A DNA stretch of 11,394 nucleotides, taken from positions 1-11,394 of IMG/VR virus record IMGVR_UViG_2695420412_000022, one strand, 5' to 3'. The notes beneath the pieces were generated by a model, which was not told where the DNA came from, made no database searches, and was given only the letters and a program-made list of their open reading frames with translations. The stretch is from a virus (Duplodnaviria; Heunggongvirae; Uroviricota; Caudoviricetes). Positions 1-7,478 of this stretch are shown one piece after another (the first letter of the stretch is position 1; every line of letters begins with the position of its first letter). The position numbers and the translations under genes were made by a program.

Positions 1-171
1 TCAATAAATCCCATCATTGCGATCAACCTCATCCTTAACCATTGATGCGAGCAGTTCTTCCAGTTTCTGCGCTGACAGCTTTACCTGGTGATCTTCAGCA
101 TCTTCCCGGGCTATTGTGGTTCGCGCAGTGGCTGATTTTGCTGACATCACCACAGGGGGCAGACGGACCAT
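1..171 (-). CDS. hypothetical small protein (56 aa from the ATG at 171; alternative in-frame starts at 147 and 282)
   Basis: Open frame ending at a TGA at 3..1. The ATG at 171 is preceded by GGAGG about 10 nt upstream. No recognisable motif; it lies downstream of the short Tfa-like ORF on the same strand. Confidence 0.3.
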   Translation of the reverse strand: MVRLPPVVMSAKSATARTTIAREDAEDHQVKLSAQKLEELLASMVKDEVDRNDGIY

Positions 172-235
172 TGAACCATGGCCTCCGGAACAAATAAGGG
201 CAAAAATAACAACCACTATCGAAAGCTCACAAACT

Positions 236-451
236 AACCGCAGCACGTTCCTGTATACGACGTGTCTGCGGCATAATCCCAATGATTACTCCCTGACAGG
301 ATTTGCAGGCCACTCAATATCAGGTGCAGTTGATGTATCAACACGATTCAACAATACCCGATATTTATTCCATGCCTCCAGCAACGATCTTTCTTCCTCC
401 GTTGCGATTTCCAGATCTACAGCATCCTGCAGTGGCGCAATATACTCACTG
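236..451. repeat. direct repeat copy A (~215 bp, roughly 88% identical to 1286..1500): tfa 3' end plus ~50 bp downstream
   Basis: Base-by-base comparison with 1286..1500 shows the same sequence with scattered substitutions and a 1-nt indel. Homology stops abruptly at 451/1500. Confidence 0.85.
238..271. other. conserved stem-loop just downstream of the Tfa-like ORF stop (copy A)
   Basis: ccgcag-cacgt / acgtg-t-ctgcgg inverted repeat (6+5 bp stem with a 1-nt bulge, 11-nt loop). The equivalent hairpin is at 1288..1320. Confidence 0.4.
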
Positions 452-555
452 AATTCCTGGATGTAGAACTGTGTGGTGACGGTCTTCCAGCCATTCGGCT
501 CCTGCTGTATCGAAGCATACCAGGCTATTTCAATATCGCTATGCTGCGGCAGCAT
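286..555 (-). CDS. short tail fibre assembly (Tfa)-like protein, 89 aa; a Tfa C-terminal domain fused to a unique 35-aa N-terminus; possibly a remnant
   Basis: The C-terminal ~54 aa ([45 protein letters not shown]) are near-identical to the C-terminus of the full tfa at 1335..1919. It has its own ATG, an AAGGGG ribosome-binding site and an in-frame stop immediately upstream. Confidence 0.55.
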   Translation of the reverse strand: MLPQHSDIEIAWYASIQQEPNGWKTVTTQFYIQEFSEYIAPLQDAVDLEIATEEERSLLEAWNKYRVLLNRVDTSTAPDIEWPANPVRE

Positions 556-582
556 TTAACCCCTTGTAATTCATCGCCATAA

Positions 583-611
583 TTGATTTAATTCACAAAT
601 AAAACTATAAC
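583..611 (+). promoter_or_regulatory. candidate sigma70-like promoter (TTGATT-N17-TATAAC) upstream of the methyltransferase ORF
   Basis: Hexamers read by eye in an AT-rich spacer. The TATAAC hexamer abuts the ATG at 612, so this fits better with the alternative start at 624. Weak evidence. Confidence 0.2.
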
Positions 612-1280
612 ATGGTGAAATTAATGAAAAAAAACACAGATGATGGGGCTAAAATTTACACACCACTTACCCTAAAGCTTTATGACTGGTGGGTTTTGGG
701 AGTATCAAATTGGCTTGCATGGGGATGTCCTACAAAGGAACACCTTCTTCCACACTTTCTGGAACATTTAGGTAACAACCATCTGGATATTGGTGTTGGA
801 ACTGGGTTTTACCTTACTCACGTACCTGAGAGTAGTCTGATATCTTTAATGGATTTGAACGAAGCTAGCCTGAACGCGGCATCTACAAGGGCTGGGGAAT
901 CAAAAATTAAACATAAAATTAGCCATGATGTTTTTGAACCTTATCCCGCGGCGTTACATGGTCAATTTGATTCCATTTCCATGTTTTACCTTCTTCACTG
1001 CCTGCCTGGAAATATAACTACAAAAAGCTGTGTAATACGCAATGCGGCGCAGGCCTTAACTGACGATGGAACTCTATACGGAGCCACAATTCTTGGCGAT
1101 GGAGTTGTGCACAATAGCTTCGGTCAAAAACTGATGCGCATTTACAATCAGAAAGGCATCTTTTCAAACACAAAAGATTCCGAAGAAGGCTTAACACATA
1201 TACTCTCAGAGCATTTCGAGAATGTTAAAACCAAGGTTCAAGGTACTGTAGTAATGTTTTCCGCTTCAGGGAAAAAATAG
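612..1280 (+). CDS. putative class I SAM-dependent methyltransferase (222 aa); phage cargo (moron) gene
   Basis: Rossmann-type motif I LDIGVGTGFY (aa 57-66), an acidic residue about 18 aa later (LISLMDLNE), and a motif II-like FDSISMFYLLHCLPG. The gene is visibly AT-rich compared with the flanking tail genes and runs opposite to them. The ATG at 624, preceded by GGTGA, may be the true start. Confidence 0.6.
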   Translation: MVKLMKKNTDDGAKIYTPLTLKLYDWWVLGVSNWLAWGCPTKEHLLPHFLEHLGNNHLDIGVGTGFYLTHVPESSLISLMDLNEASLNAASTRAGESKIKHKISHDVFEPYPAALHGQFDSISMFYLLHCLPGNITTKSCVIRNAAQALTDDGTLYGATILGDGVVHNSFGQKLMRIYNQKGIFSNTKDSEEGLTHILSEHFENVKTKVQGTVVMFSASGKK

Positions 1281-1285
1281 CATCC

Positions 1286-1500
1286 AACCGTAGCACGTTC
1301 TTGCTTAAGACGTGCTGCGGCATAATCCCAATGATTACTCCCTGACAGGGTTCGTAGGCCACTCAATATCAGGTGCAGTTGATGTATCAACACGGTTCAG
1401 CAACACCCGATACTTTTTCCAGGCTTCCAGCAATGAGGTTTCTTCCTCCGTTGCAATTTCCAGATCTGCAGCATCCTGAAGCGGCGCAATATGCTCACTG
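1286..1500. repeat. direct repeat copy B (~215 bp) matching 236..451: tfa 3' end plus ~50 bp downstream
   Basis: Same alignment as copy A. Begins 6 bp after the methyltransferase stop. Confidence 0.85.
1288..1320. other. conserved stem-loop just downstream of the tfa stop (copy B)
   Basis: ccgtagcacgt / acgtgctgcgg: an 11-bp stem with one G-U pair and an 11-nt loop. The stem is conserved with copy A while the loop sequence differs. Confidence 0.4.
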
Positions 1501-1919
1501 GCTACCTGCATCAGGTTGTTTTTTGTTTCTTCCGCCTCCCGGATCCGGAACAGTTTTTCTGCTTCCGTATCCTTCACCCAGGCTGTGCCGTTCCACTTCT
1601 GAAACTCCCCTTCCGGCGATAACCAGGTAACATTTTCCGGTAACGGACCGAGTTCAGAAATAAATAACTCGTCCCCTGACGCTACGTCATAAACCGTTTT
1701 ACCCCGATGGTCTTCAACGAGATGCCACGATGCCTCATCACTGTTGAAAACAGCCACAAAGCCAGCAGGAATATCTGGTGGTGCAATATCGGTACTGTTT
1801 GCTGGCAGACCTGTATGAGGCGGAATATATGCGTCACCTTCACCAATAAATTCATTAGTTCCGGCCAGCAGATTATAAATTTTTATGGTCCGTGCTTGTT
1901 CACTCATTCTGAATGCCAT
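1335..1919 (-). CDS. tfa: tail fibre assembly protein Tfa (194 aa)
   Basis: The full-length protein ([44 protein letters not shown]...[11 protein letters not shown]) closely matches lambda Tfa as I recall it. Its ATG overlaps the stf TAA stop (TAATG), consistent with translational coupling. Confidence 0.93.
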   Translation of the reverse strand: MAFRMSEQARTIKIYNLLAGTNEFIGEGDAYIPPHTGLPANSTDIAPPDIPAGFVAVFNSDEASWHLVEDHRGKTVYDVASGDELFISELGPLPENVTWLSPEGEFQKWNGTAWVKDTEAEKLFRIREAEETKNNLMQVASEHIAPLQDAADLEIATEEETSLLEAWKKYRVLLNRVDTSTAPDIEWPTNPVRE

Positions 1920-4900
1920 TATGCAAGCCTCACAATATAGTTAAATGCGATGTTTTTGACGGTGTTTTCCGCGTTACCCGCAGCGTTAACGGTGATGGTG
2001 TGTCCATGTGAACCAATCGCAACGGAGTGCGTATGCGCACCAATACCTACAGTATGTGCATGTGCGCCAGAACTTGCTGCAGTACCAGACAGCGAGTGGG
2101 TATGAGCACCTGCTGACTGTGTCTGAATACGTTGATAATACGATCTATAGGAAGAAGTCTCCGGGCTTACTTGATACTGTGAATTCTGGACATAAGTGAA
2201 CCCACCGCCATCATAAAATGCTAACGCAGAACCGCCGCCTCCTGGCCAACGAATACCATTACCATGAGTATGAACACCGGCAGACCCCGTAGAGCCACTC
2301 AGACTGTGCGTATGCGCCCCGGTGTTATTCGTGGATTTAGTGCCGTAATCAAACGACGATGTGGTTTTCGTCCCTAAATCCGTACTGGATGCGCTGGCGC
2401 TGTGGGTGTGCGATTTAATGCCGTCCTGTTCCTGAGACAATATGGCCCGACCACTGGCGGGCTTGCCCTTAATCATCCAGCCACGCATATCAGGGATCAC
2501 GCCTGACGGATAAGCAGCTGCAAGTTTCGGGTAAGCAGATTTGTCAAAAGTCTGCCCCTGCATCAGGGCATAACCAGACGGAACGGTATCTGATGGCCAC
2601 GGGATTGGTGCGCCGACTGGGTAGCTTTCTGGTGGAAGATTTTTCGAGGTATAAACTTCTGCCCAGTCTTCCTCAAAACCATAACCGTCTCTTGAAGAAC
2701 GGTAGAACAGACCACCATTTCTGTAATGCGCCTTCATCTGCAAGGTCCGGCAACTTCCGACTCCGGTATAGAAGTTAACCAGAATATAGCTGTCGCCAGA
2801 GCGAGTGACATTGTAAGCGCCTGATTCGGCATTCCAGGGAACGCCCCCATCCGCATCGGCATACGTATCCGTTGCTCTTCTGGCAAAAGCAGCAACATGC
2901 GCAGCGGTTAAAGTGATATCAGTAGAACCATCAAACGAAACACCAGATATTTTTATTGCTGTCTGAAGTTTCGTAGCTGTATCAGAATTTCCCTTAATCC
3001 CCTTAGGAGAATTAAGTGGTGTATTGATCGTCACTTCACCTGTTGCGTTATTTACTGCAAATGGTCGAAGACCGTTCCAGCCACCGTACTGGTCGCCTTT
3101 ATCAGTCATGAGCAAGTAAGTATTTGCTCCATCATTTCGCCATATGACACCGTAATCACCTGCAATCATCCTTAACGCGTTCTGACTACGGACAATAACT
3201 TCATCATTAGCGTAAATCTTATTCCCGCTAATGTCTGACTTACTCAAAACAGGATACGAACTATAAAATCCATTACCTTGTTTAAAATCTAAAATTAAAT
3301 TTACCGCAACTGATNNNNNNNNNNTCCAGCCGCGCATATCTGGAATAACACCTGAAGGATAGGCAATAGCCAGTTTCGGATATGCTGCCTTATCAAACGT
3401 CTGCCCCTGCATGATTGCATAACCTGCAGGTGGTGTATCTGATGGCCACGGCAGCGGAACACCTGGCGGAAACGCTTCAATATTTGCCGAGCCGTCAAAT
3501 TTTACGCCGTTAATTGTCCTTGCAGTTTGCAATTTGGTTGCTGTGCTTGCATTACCCGATAAAGATCCAGTGATACCACCACTCGCGTTTAATTTAGTTG
3601 CAATTGTAACATTGCCAGTATGGTTACTAATTATAAACGGCCTTAAGCTATTGTGCGTACCAAGACTGTTACCCGAATCTGTCAACATAAAATATGTGTT
3701 TGATCCATCATTTCGGATAAAGAATCCATAGTTGCCATAGGCAATACGCAGACCATTTGCTGACCTTGAAATAACCTCACCAGCAGCAGTTAAACCACCT
3801 GAAAGAGTCCCTCCAGTTAATGCCAATGCCCCAATATTTGAAGGGGTCAATGTGATATTTGCACTACCATCAAATGACACACCGTTAATCGTTCTGGCTG
3901 CCTGAAGTTTCGTGGCGGTCGCAGCATTACCTGTAGTGTTTTGATTACCGGTAGCGTTGACTCCAGGCAAGTTGATATCTGCCGATCCATCAAATGCCAC
4001 GCCCCCAATCTTACGTGCTGTCTTGATCTTGGTCGCAGTATCTGCGTTTCCGGTCAAATTACCAGTAACACTACCACCAACTTTTAGTCCATTACCGATG
4101 GACACCAACCCTGATCTTAAGTTTATAGAGAATGGTCTTAATGAACCGATGTCTCCATTTTCCCCCTCCCCTTCATTAGTCGGAATAAGATGAAGATGAT
4201 CTTCGGAACGCCTAAAAATAAGGCCAAAGGCTTGGTTGAATATTCGAAGAGCATTTATCGTGCTGATTTTTAACTGCCCTCCCATTGTGTCGCCAGTTTT
4301 TTGAACTGAACTATCTTTAACAGTTTTAACTGCCTTTGGCGTTGCCGCCAGCTTTTCACTGGTGCTGTTTGTTGCACTGCTGAGCTGTACTATCCCCTTT
4401 TTCGTCGTGCTCGCATCCTCCAGCGCTACGGCGGATGCAATATCCTCAGCCCGTTTTGCTGCTGTCTCGGCGCGCGTTGCCGCGGATTCAGCAGCAACTT
4501 TGCTCTGAGATGCAGCCGTCGCACTGCCTGCCGCCTCTGATGCTTTCGTTGTTGCTGTCGTGGCACTACCTTTCGCTGCTGACGCTTGTCTGGTCGCCTC
4601 ATCTTTTGAAGCAGACGCAGATGATGCCGATGACGCCGCTGAACTGGCTGACGATGCGGCTGCCGCCTTAGAGGAAGCAGCATTGTCTGCTGAAGTCTTT
4701 GCATTTGTTTCAGAGGTTTTTGCTGCAGAAGCAGACCTCGCTGCTGCAGTGGCTTGCTCAGTGGCTTTGCCAGCCTTCGTTGTGGCTGTTGAAGCGGATG
4801 ATGCGGCGCTTTCTGCCGATTTTCCGGCGGCGGTGGCACTGGCTGAGGCCTGCCCGGCACTTGTTGACGCGGCACTGGCAGATAATGCAGCCGCTGTTTT

Positions 4901-5794
4901 TGAACCTGCCGCAGCTGAGGCGCTCTGTCCCGCTGCTGTTTCAGAAGACTTAGCGTTCGTCTCGGACGTTTTTGCCGCCTTCGCGGAATTTCCTGCCGCC
5001 GTTGCCGAGGAAGCTGCACTACTGGCACTTGATGATGCATTCGTTTCTGAAGATTTCGCTGCCTCTTTTGAGGCCGCCGCACCCCGTGCCGAGGTGGCAG
5101 CTTCTGACGCCTTCGTGGTCGCTGTGGATGCAGAAGTGGCTGCCGATTTTTGTGATGCTGCGGCATTCGTTTCTGACGTTTTCGCGGCACTGGCGCTGGT
5201 AGCTGCCGCGCTTTTTGATGACTCTGCAGCAGCAGCACTTTTTGCTGCTTCACGGGCCTTTGTCGATGCCGTTCCTGCGCTGGAAGACGCTGACTGAGCC
5301 GAGGACGCGGCCTGTCCGGCTGACGTGTTGGCGGCACGTGCTGAGGCTGCAGCATCGGTTGCATGAGTTGCCGCCTCGCTGGCTGATGCACTGGCATCGC
5401 TGGCTGATTTTTTCGCGGCTGCCGTATTCTGTGCAACCGCGGAGGCGTTACGTGACACCTCTTCCACCATCTGCTCAAAGCGGCGCAGTGCCTCCGGTCG
5501 GACATCATCCTCCGTCATGGCACCGAGAAAATCATTCAGCGTACCTGGTCTGGAACCTTCATAGACGGTAATGGTCCCGGCATGTGAAGGCGGAAAACCT
5601 TCAACCAGCAGGGTGACGCTGTACTGACCATGCTCAACATCCATGCTGTAACGTCCGGCTTCATCCGGATTTTCAGAGGCCACCGTGTTCACCACCACCG
5701 TGCTGCTGGTTCGTCTGGCCTTCAGCACAATGGTGCAGTTCTGTACTGATTTTCCTGTGCCATCTTTAAGCACGCCAGAAATTTTTACTGTCAT
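1919..5794 (-). CDS. stf: side tail fibre protein Stf, long form (1291 aa)
   Basis: The N-terminal ~115 aa ([26 protein letters not shown]...) resemble lambda Stf. They are followed by a long Ala/Ser/Thr-rich tract with recurring KTSETNA motifs, four ~28-aa [22 protein letters not shown] repeats, two copies of a PWPSD...GQTFDK...YPKL...PDMRGW module, and a His-rich HxH C-terminus (GAHTHS, GAHAHT, GSHGHT). The frame reads through the 10-N gap. Confidence 0.9.
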   Translation of the reverse strand: MTVKISGVLKDGTGKSVQNCTIVLKARRTSSTVVVNTVASENPDEAGRYSMDVEHGQYSVTLLVEGFPPSHAGTITVYEGSRPGTLNDFLGAMTEDDVRPEALRRFEQMVEEVSRNASAVAQNTAAAKKSASDASASASEAATHATDAAASARAANTSAGQAASSAQSASSSAGTASTKAREAAKSAAAAESSKSAAATSASAAKTSETNAAASQKSAATSASTATTKASEAATSARGAAASKEAAKSSETNASSSASSAASSATAAGNSAKAAKTSETNAKSSETAAGQSASAAAGSKTAAALSASAASTSAGQASASATAAGKSAESAASSASTATTKAGKATEQATAAARSASAAKTSETNAKTSADNAASSKAAAASSASSAASSASSASASKDEATRQASAAKGSATTATTKASEAAGSATAASQSKVAAESAATRAETAAKRAEDIASAVALEDASTTKKGIVQLSSATNSTSEKLAATPKAVKTVKDSSVQKTGDTMGGQLKISTINALRIFNQAFGLIFRRSEDHLHLIPTNEGEGENGDIGSLRPFSINLRSGLVSIGNGLKVGGSVTGNLTGNADTATKIKTARKIGGVAFDGSADINLPGVNATGNQNTTGNAATATKLQAARTINGVSFDGSANITLTPSNIGALALTGGTLSGGLTAAGEVISRSANGLRIAYGNYGFFIRNDGSNTYFMLTDSGNSLGTHNSLRPFIISNHTGNVTIATKLNASGGITGSLSGNASTATKLQTARTINGVKFDGSANIEAFPPGVPLPWPSDTPPAGYAIMQGQTFDKAAYPKLAIAYPSGVIPDMRGWXXXXSVAVNLILDFKQGNGFYSSYPVLSKSDISGNKIYANDEVIVRSQNALRMIAGDYGVIWRNDGANTYLLMTDKGDQYGGWNGLRPFAVNNATGEVTINTPLNSPKGIKGNSDTATKLQTAIKISGVSFDGSTDITLTAAHVAAFARRATDTYADADGGVPWNAESGAYNVTRSGDSYILVNFYTGVGSCRTLQMKAHYRNGGLFYRSSRDGYGFEEDWAEVYTSKNLPPESYPVGAPIPWPSDTVPSGYALMQGQTFDKSAYPKLAAAYPSGVIPDMRGWMIKGKPASGRAILSQEQDGIKSHTHSASASSTDLGTKTTSSFDYGTKSTNNTGAHTHSLSGSTGSAGVHTHGNGIRWPGGGGSALAFYDGGGFTYVQNSQYQVSPETSSYRSYYQRIQTQSAGAHTHSLSGTAASSGAHAHTVGIGAHTHSVAIGSHGHTITVNAAGNAENTVKNIAFNYIVRLA
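3315..3324. other. assembly gap (10 N) inside stf
   Basis: A run of n in the sequence, directly beside the first PDMRGW module. Confidence 0.99.
4400..5446 (-). repeat. low-complexity Ala/Ser/Thr-rich coding repeat region of stf (approximate bounds)
   Basis: The translation is dominated by A, S, T and K with recurring SETNA motifs. GCN-rich codons produce long spurious ORFs in other frames on both strands. Confidence 0.7.
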
Positions 5795-5808
5795 ACTTTT
5801 CCACCAAT

Positions 5809-5840
5809 AAAAAAAGCCCGCAGCAGTGACGCCACGGGCT
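5809..5840 (-). terminator. candidate intrinsic terminator after lom copy 2 (weak)
   Basis: On the minus strand: a GCCCG...CGGGC stem with a 14-nt loop followed by a 7-T run, just upstream of the stf ribosome-binding site and ATG. Confidence 0.35.
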
Positions 5841-5945
5841 TCAGGACAGTGTAACTTTACGTTTCCTCAAACGCAGTTCACCCCATAAGGTGGATGAACC
5901 TGCGTATCATAACAATATTTACAGAAGATAAATCGGCGTCTGTTG

Positions 5946-6545
5946 TCAGAAACGGTATCCGATACCAACAATAAATGCATCCGTTCGCCAGTCGCCACTA
6001 CCGGAACCTTCATAAGCAAGGTCAATGGTCACGGATTCGGTCGGATTAAACTGCACGCCAGCCCCCCACGCCAGAGACGTGTTGCTGTGGCGACCGTCAT
6101 CACTTCCGGTCAGCACGTCGTGCGTTTTCCCCTTGTTGTCAATTACGCGGAGATAATCCCCGGAGAAAGTCGACACACGGCTGTAAGCCACACCCACCAT
6201 CGCATACGCGCTGAACCATTCATTCACGCGTACAGACGGCCCCGCCATCACGCTGAACCAGCGGTTACGCACGGAATCTTCATGCCAGCGGGTATCGCTG
6301 TAGCGCGTTTTTTGCTCATCCTCAGCATTGGCATAACTGAAGGACGTAATCAGCCCCAGCGCGTCCGTAAACTCATAACGGTATTTCACGTTAATCCCGT
6401 TCAGATCATCACTACCGGGAACGTTCGTCGAGGCATGGAGATACCCCGCGCTCAGCGTGGACTGATGTTCTGCTGCACTCGCTGGCGTAGCAGCGGCGAC
6501 CTGCCAGACTACTGCGGACAAAATAACAGCACATAATTTACGCAT
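5946..6545 (-). CDS. lom: Lom/Ail-family outer membrane protein, divergent copy (199 aa)
   Basis: Full-length beta-barrel protein with a signal peptide and the conserved Lom core (GINVKYRYEFTD, RWHEDSVRNRWFSVMAGPSVRVNE, GAGVQFNPTESV). A GAGG ribosome-binding site precedes the ATG. It differs from copy 1 mainly in the signal peptide and the SYANAEDEQKT segment. Confidence 0.9.
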   Translation of the reverse strand: MRKLCAVILSAVVWQVAAATPASAAEHQSTLSAGYLHASTNVPGSDDLNGINVKYRYEFTDALGLITSFSYANAEDEQKTRYSDTRWHEDSVRNRWFSVMAGPSVRVNEWFSAYAMVGVAYSRVSTFSGDYLRVIDNKGKTHDVLTGSDDGRHSNTSLAWGAGVQFNPTESVTIDLAYEGSGSGDWRTDAFIVGIGYRF

Positions 6546-6569
6546 AATTACCTCTCGCTTTTCTGCAAT

Positions 6570-6593
6570 AAAAAAGGCGCCATTTCTGGCGCC
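6570..6593 (-). terminator. candidate intrinsic terminator between the J 3' fragment and lom copy 2
   Basis: Minus strand GGCGCC-AGAAAT-GGCGCC hairpin followed by TTTTTT. Confidence 0.45.
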
Positions 6594-6612
6594 CGTATCT
6601 GGGTTATAAAAT

Positions 6613-7144
6613 TCAGCTAATCGTGATGCCTGCAGTGGCTTTCTTCATCACCACAACCAGCAAATCGCTGATACTTGCTGTGGGATACCAGTTATTTACC
6701 AGCCATGCTGACACCGAAAACTCCAGTGTCATGTGACCGTGACCGGCAGGCATATCAATAACACCACTGTAAATCAACGTATTATCCAGCGCGGTACGGT
6801 TATAAATTTCAGCACCGTTTTTCCGTACTATCAGGCGGCATGACGAATAAATATCGTTATTCTCCCGCTCATGTTTAGCGCCGCTGAATGCCACCGCCGG
6901 AATAACAATCTGCCGGTCAAACGGCTGATCGTCATAAACCCTGACGGTGATGGTCCCTGATGGCCACCGTTCCGGTGCACGGGAGTCCCGGGGGAAAGCT
7001 TTGCCCACTGTTTTAACGAGATCGCCTTCAATCTGGTTGGCGGACAATTTTCCCAGAACCCGACAGTTCTCGTTAATCGTGACGTTGTTGAGCGTCCCGG
7101 AGTTCGCATTCACGTTACCGCTGATATCGGCATTTTTCGCCGTC
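6613..7144 (-). pseudogene. J C-terminal fragment (last ~177 codons), duplicated, with no start codon of its own
   Basis: Nucleotide sequence identical to the J 3' end at 8146..8677. The upstream side is joined at 7145 (an N) to a stf 5' fragment in a different frame. Confidence 0.8.
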
Positions 7145-7145
7145 N

Positions 7146-7414
7146 AGAAAATCATTCAGCGTACCGGGTCGGGAATCTTCATACACGGTGATGGTCCCGG
7201 CATGTGACGGCGGGAATCCTTCCACCAACAGAATAACGCTGTACTGACCGTACTCAACGTCCATGCTGTAACGCCCGGCTTCATCCGGATTTTCTGAGGC
7301 CAGCGTGTTCACCACCACCGTGGTGCTGTTACGTTTTGCTTTCAGCTGGATTGTGCAGTTCTGTACCGGTTTTCCTGTGCCGTCTTTCAGTACACCTGAA
7401 ATCTTTACTGCCAT
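7146..7414 (-). pseudogene. stf 5' fragment (codons 1-89, [26 protein letters not shown]...LNDF), truncated at the joint with the J fragment
   Basis: About 85-88% identical to the 5' end of the full stf and closer to lambda Stf as recalled. The frame runs into J-derived sequence out of frame and stops at 7115. Confidence 0.8.
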
Positions 7415-7425
7415 ATTCACCCCAC

Positions 7426-7452
7426 AAAAAAGCCCGCCTGAACCGGCGGGCT
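7426..7452 (-). terminator. candidate intrinsic terminator after lom copy 1
   Basis: Minus strand AGCCCGCC-GGTTCA-GGCGGGCT hairpin (8-bp GC-rich stem) followed by TTTTTT. Confidence 0.55.
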
Positions 7453-7478
7453 GTCATAACACTGTGTTACCTGGCTAA

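Larger units (their letters stand above)
6541..7144. repeat. near-identical duplicate of 8074..8677 (lom start, J-lom spacer and the last 532 bp of J)
   Basis: Visual alignment at a 1533-bp offset: identical across the 532-bp J-derived part, with 2 mismatches in the 72-bp spacer. Confidence 0.9.

Noticed and set aside
116-466. A plus-strand 116-aa ORF, with similar plus-strand ORFs at 1373..1630 and 1707..1940
   Set aside because: They are antisense to the Tfa-like ORFs or tfa, have no ribosome-binding site or motif support, and are better explained as shadow ORFs.
236-1500. A diversity-generating retroelement (template and variable repeat pair) acting on tail fibre genes
   Set aside because: The mismatches between the two repeat copies are a mixture of transitions and transversions at all four bases rather than adenine-specific, and the window holds no reverse transcriptase gene.
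236-1500. An invertible tail-fibre segment of the Gin/Pin/Cin type, prompted by tfa duplication and a TTCCTGTA... motif vaguely like a crossover-site half
   Set aside because: The repeats are direct rather than inverted, both tfa-type ORFs are on the same strand, no invertase gene is in the window, and the resemblance to crossover sites is partial and could be chance.
4426-5508. Long ORFs in alternative frames on both strands (360 aa minus, 245 aa plus, and smaller ones) within the stf Ala/Ser-rich tract
   Set aside because: They are by-products of repetitive GCN-rich codons. The stf frame carries the lambda Stf-like sequence, and the alternative frames give low-complexity Pro/Arg/Gln or Ala/Asp runs.
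5953-5966. A perfect palindrome GGTATCcGATACC
   Set aside because: It lies within the last codons of lom2 (GIGYRF) and is short enough to be coincidental. No flanking regulatory context.
6831-7207. ORFs in other frames inside the J 3' fragment (6831..7109 minus, 6947..7207 plus), with identical counterparts at 8364..8642 and 8480..8779
   Set aside because: They are out of frame with, or antisense to, the J reading frame that carries the homology, and are duplicated only because the underlying DNA is duplicated.
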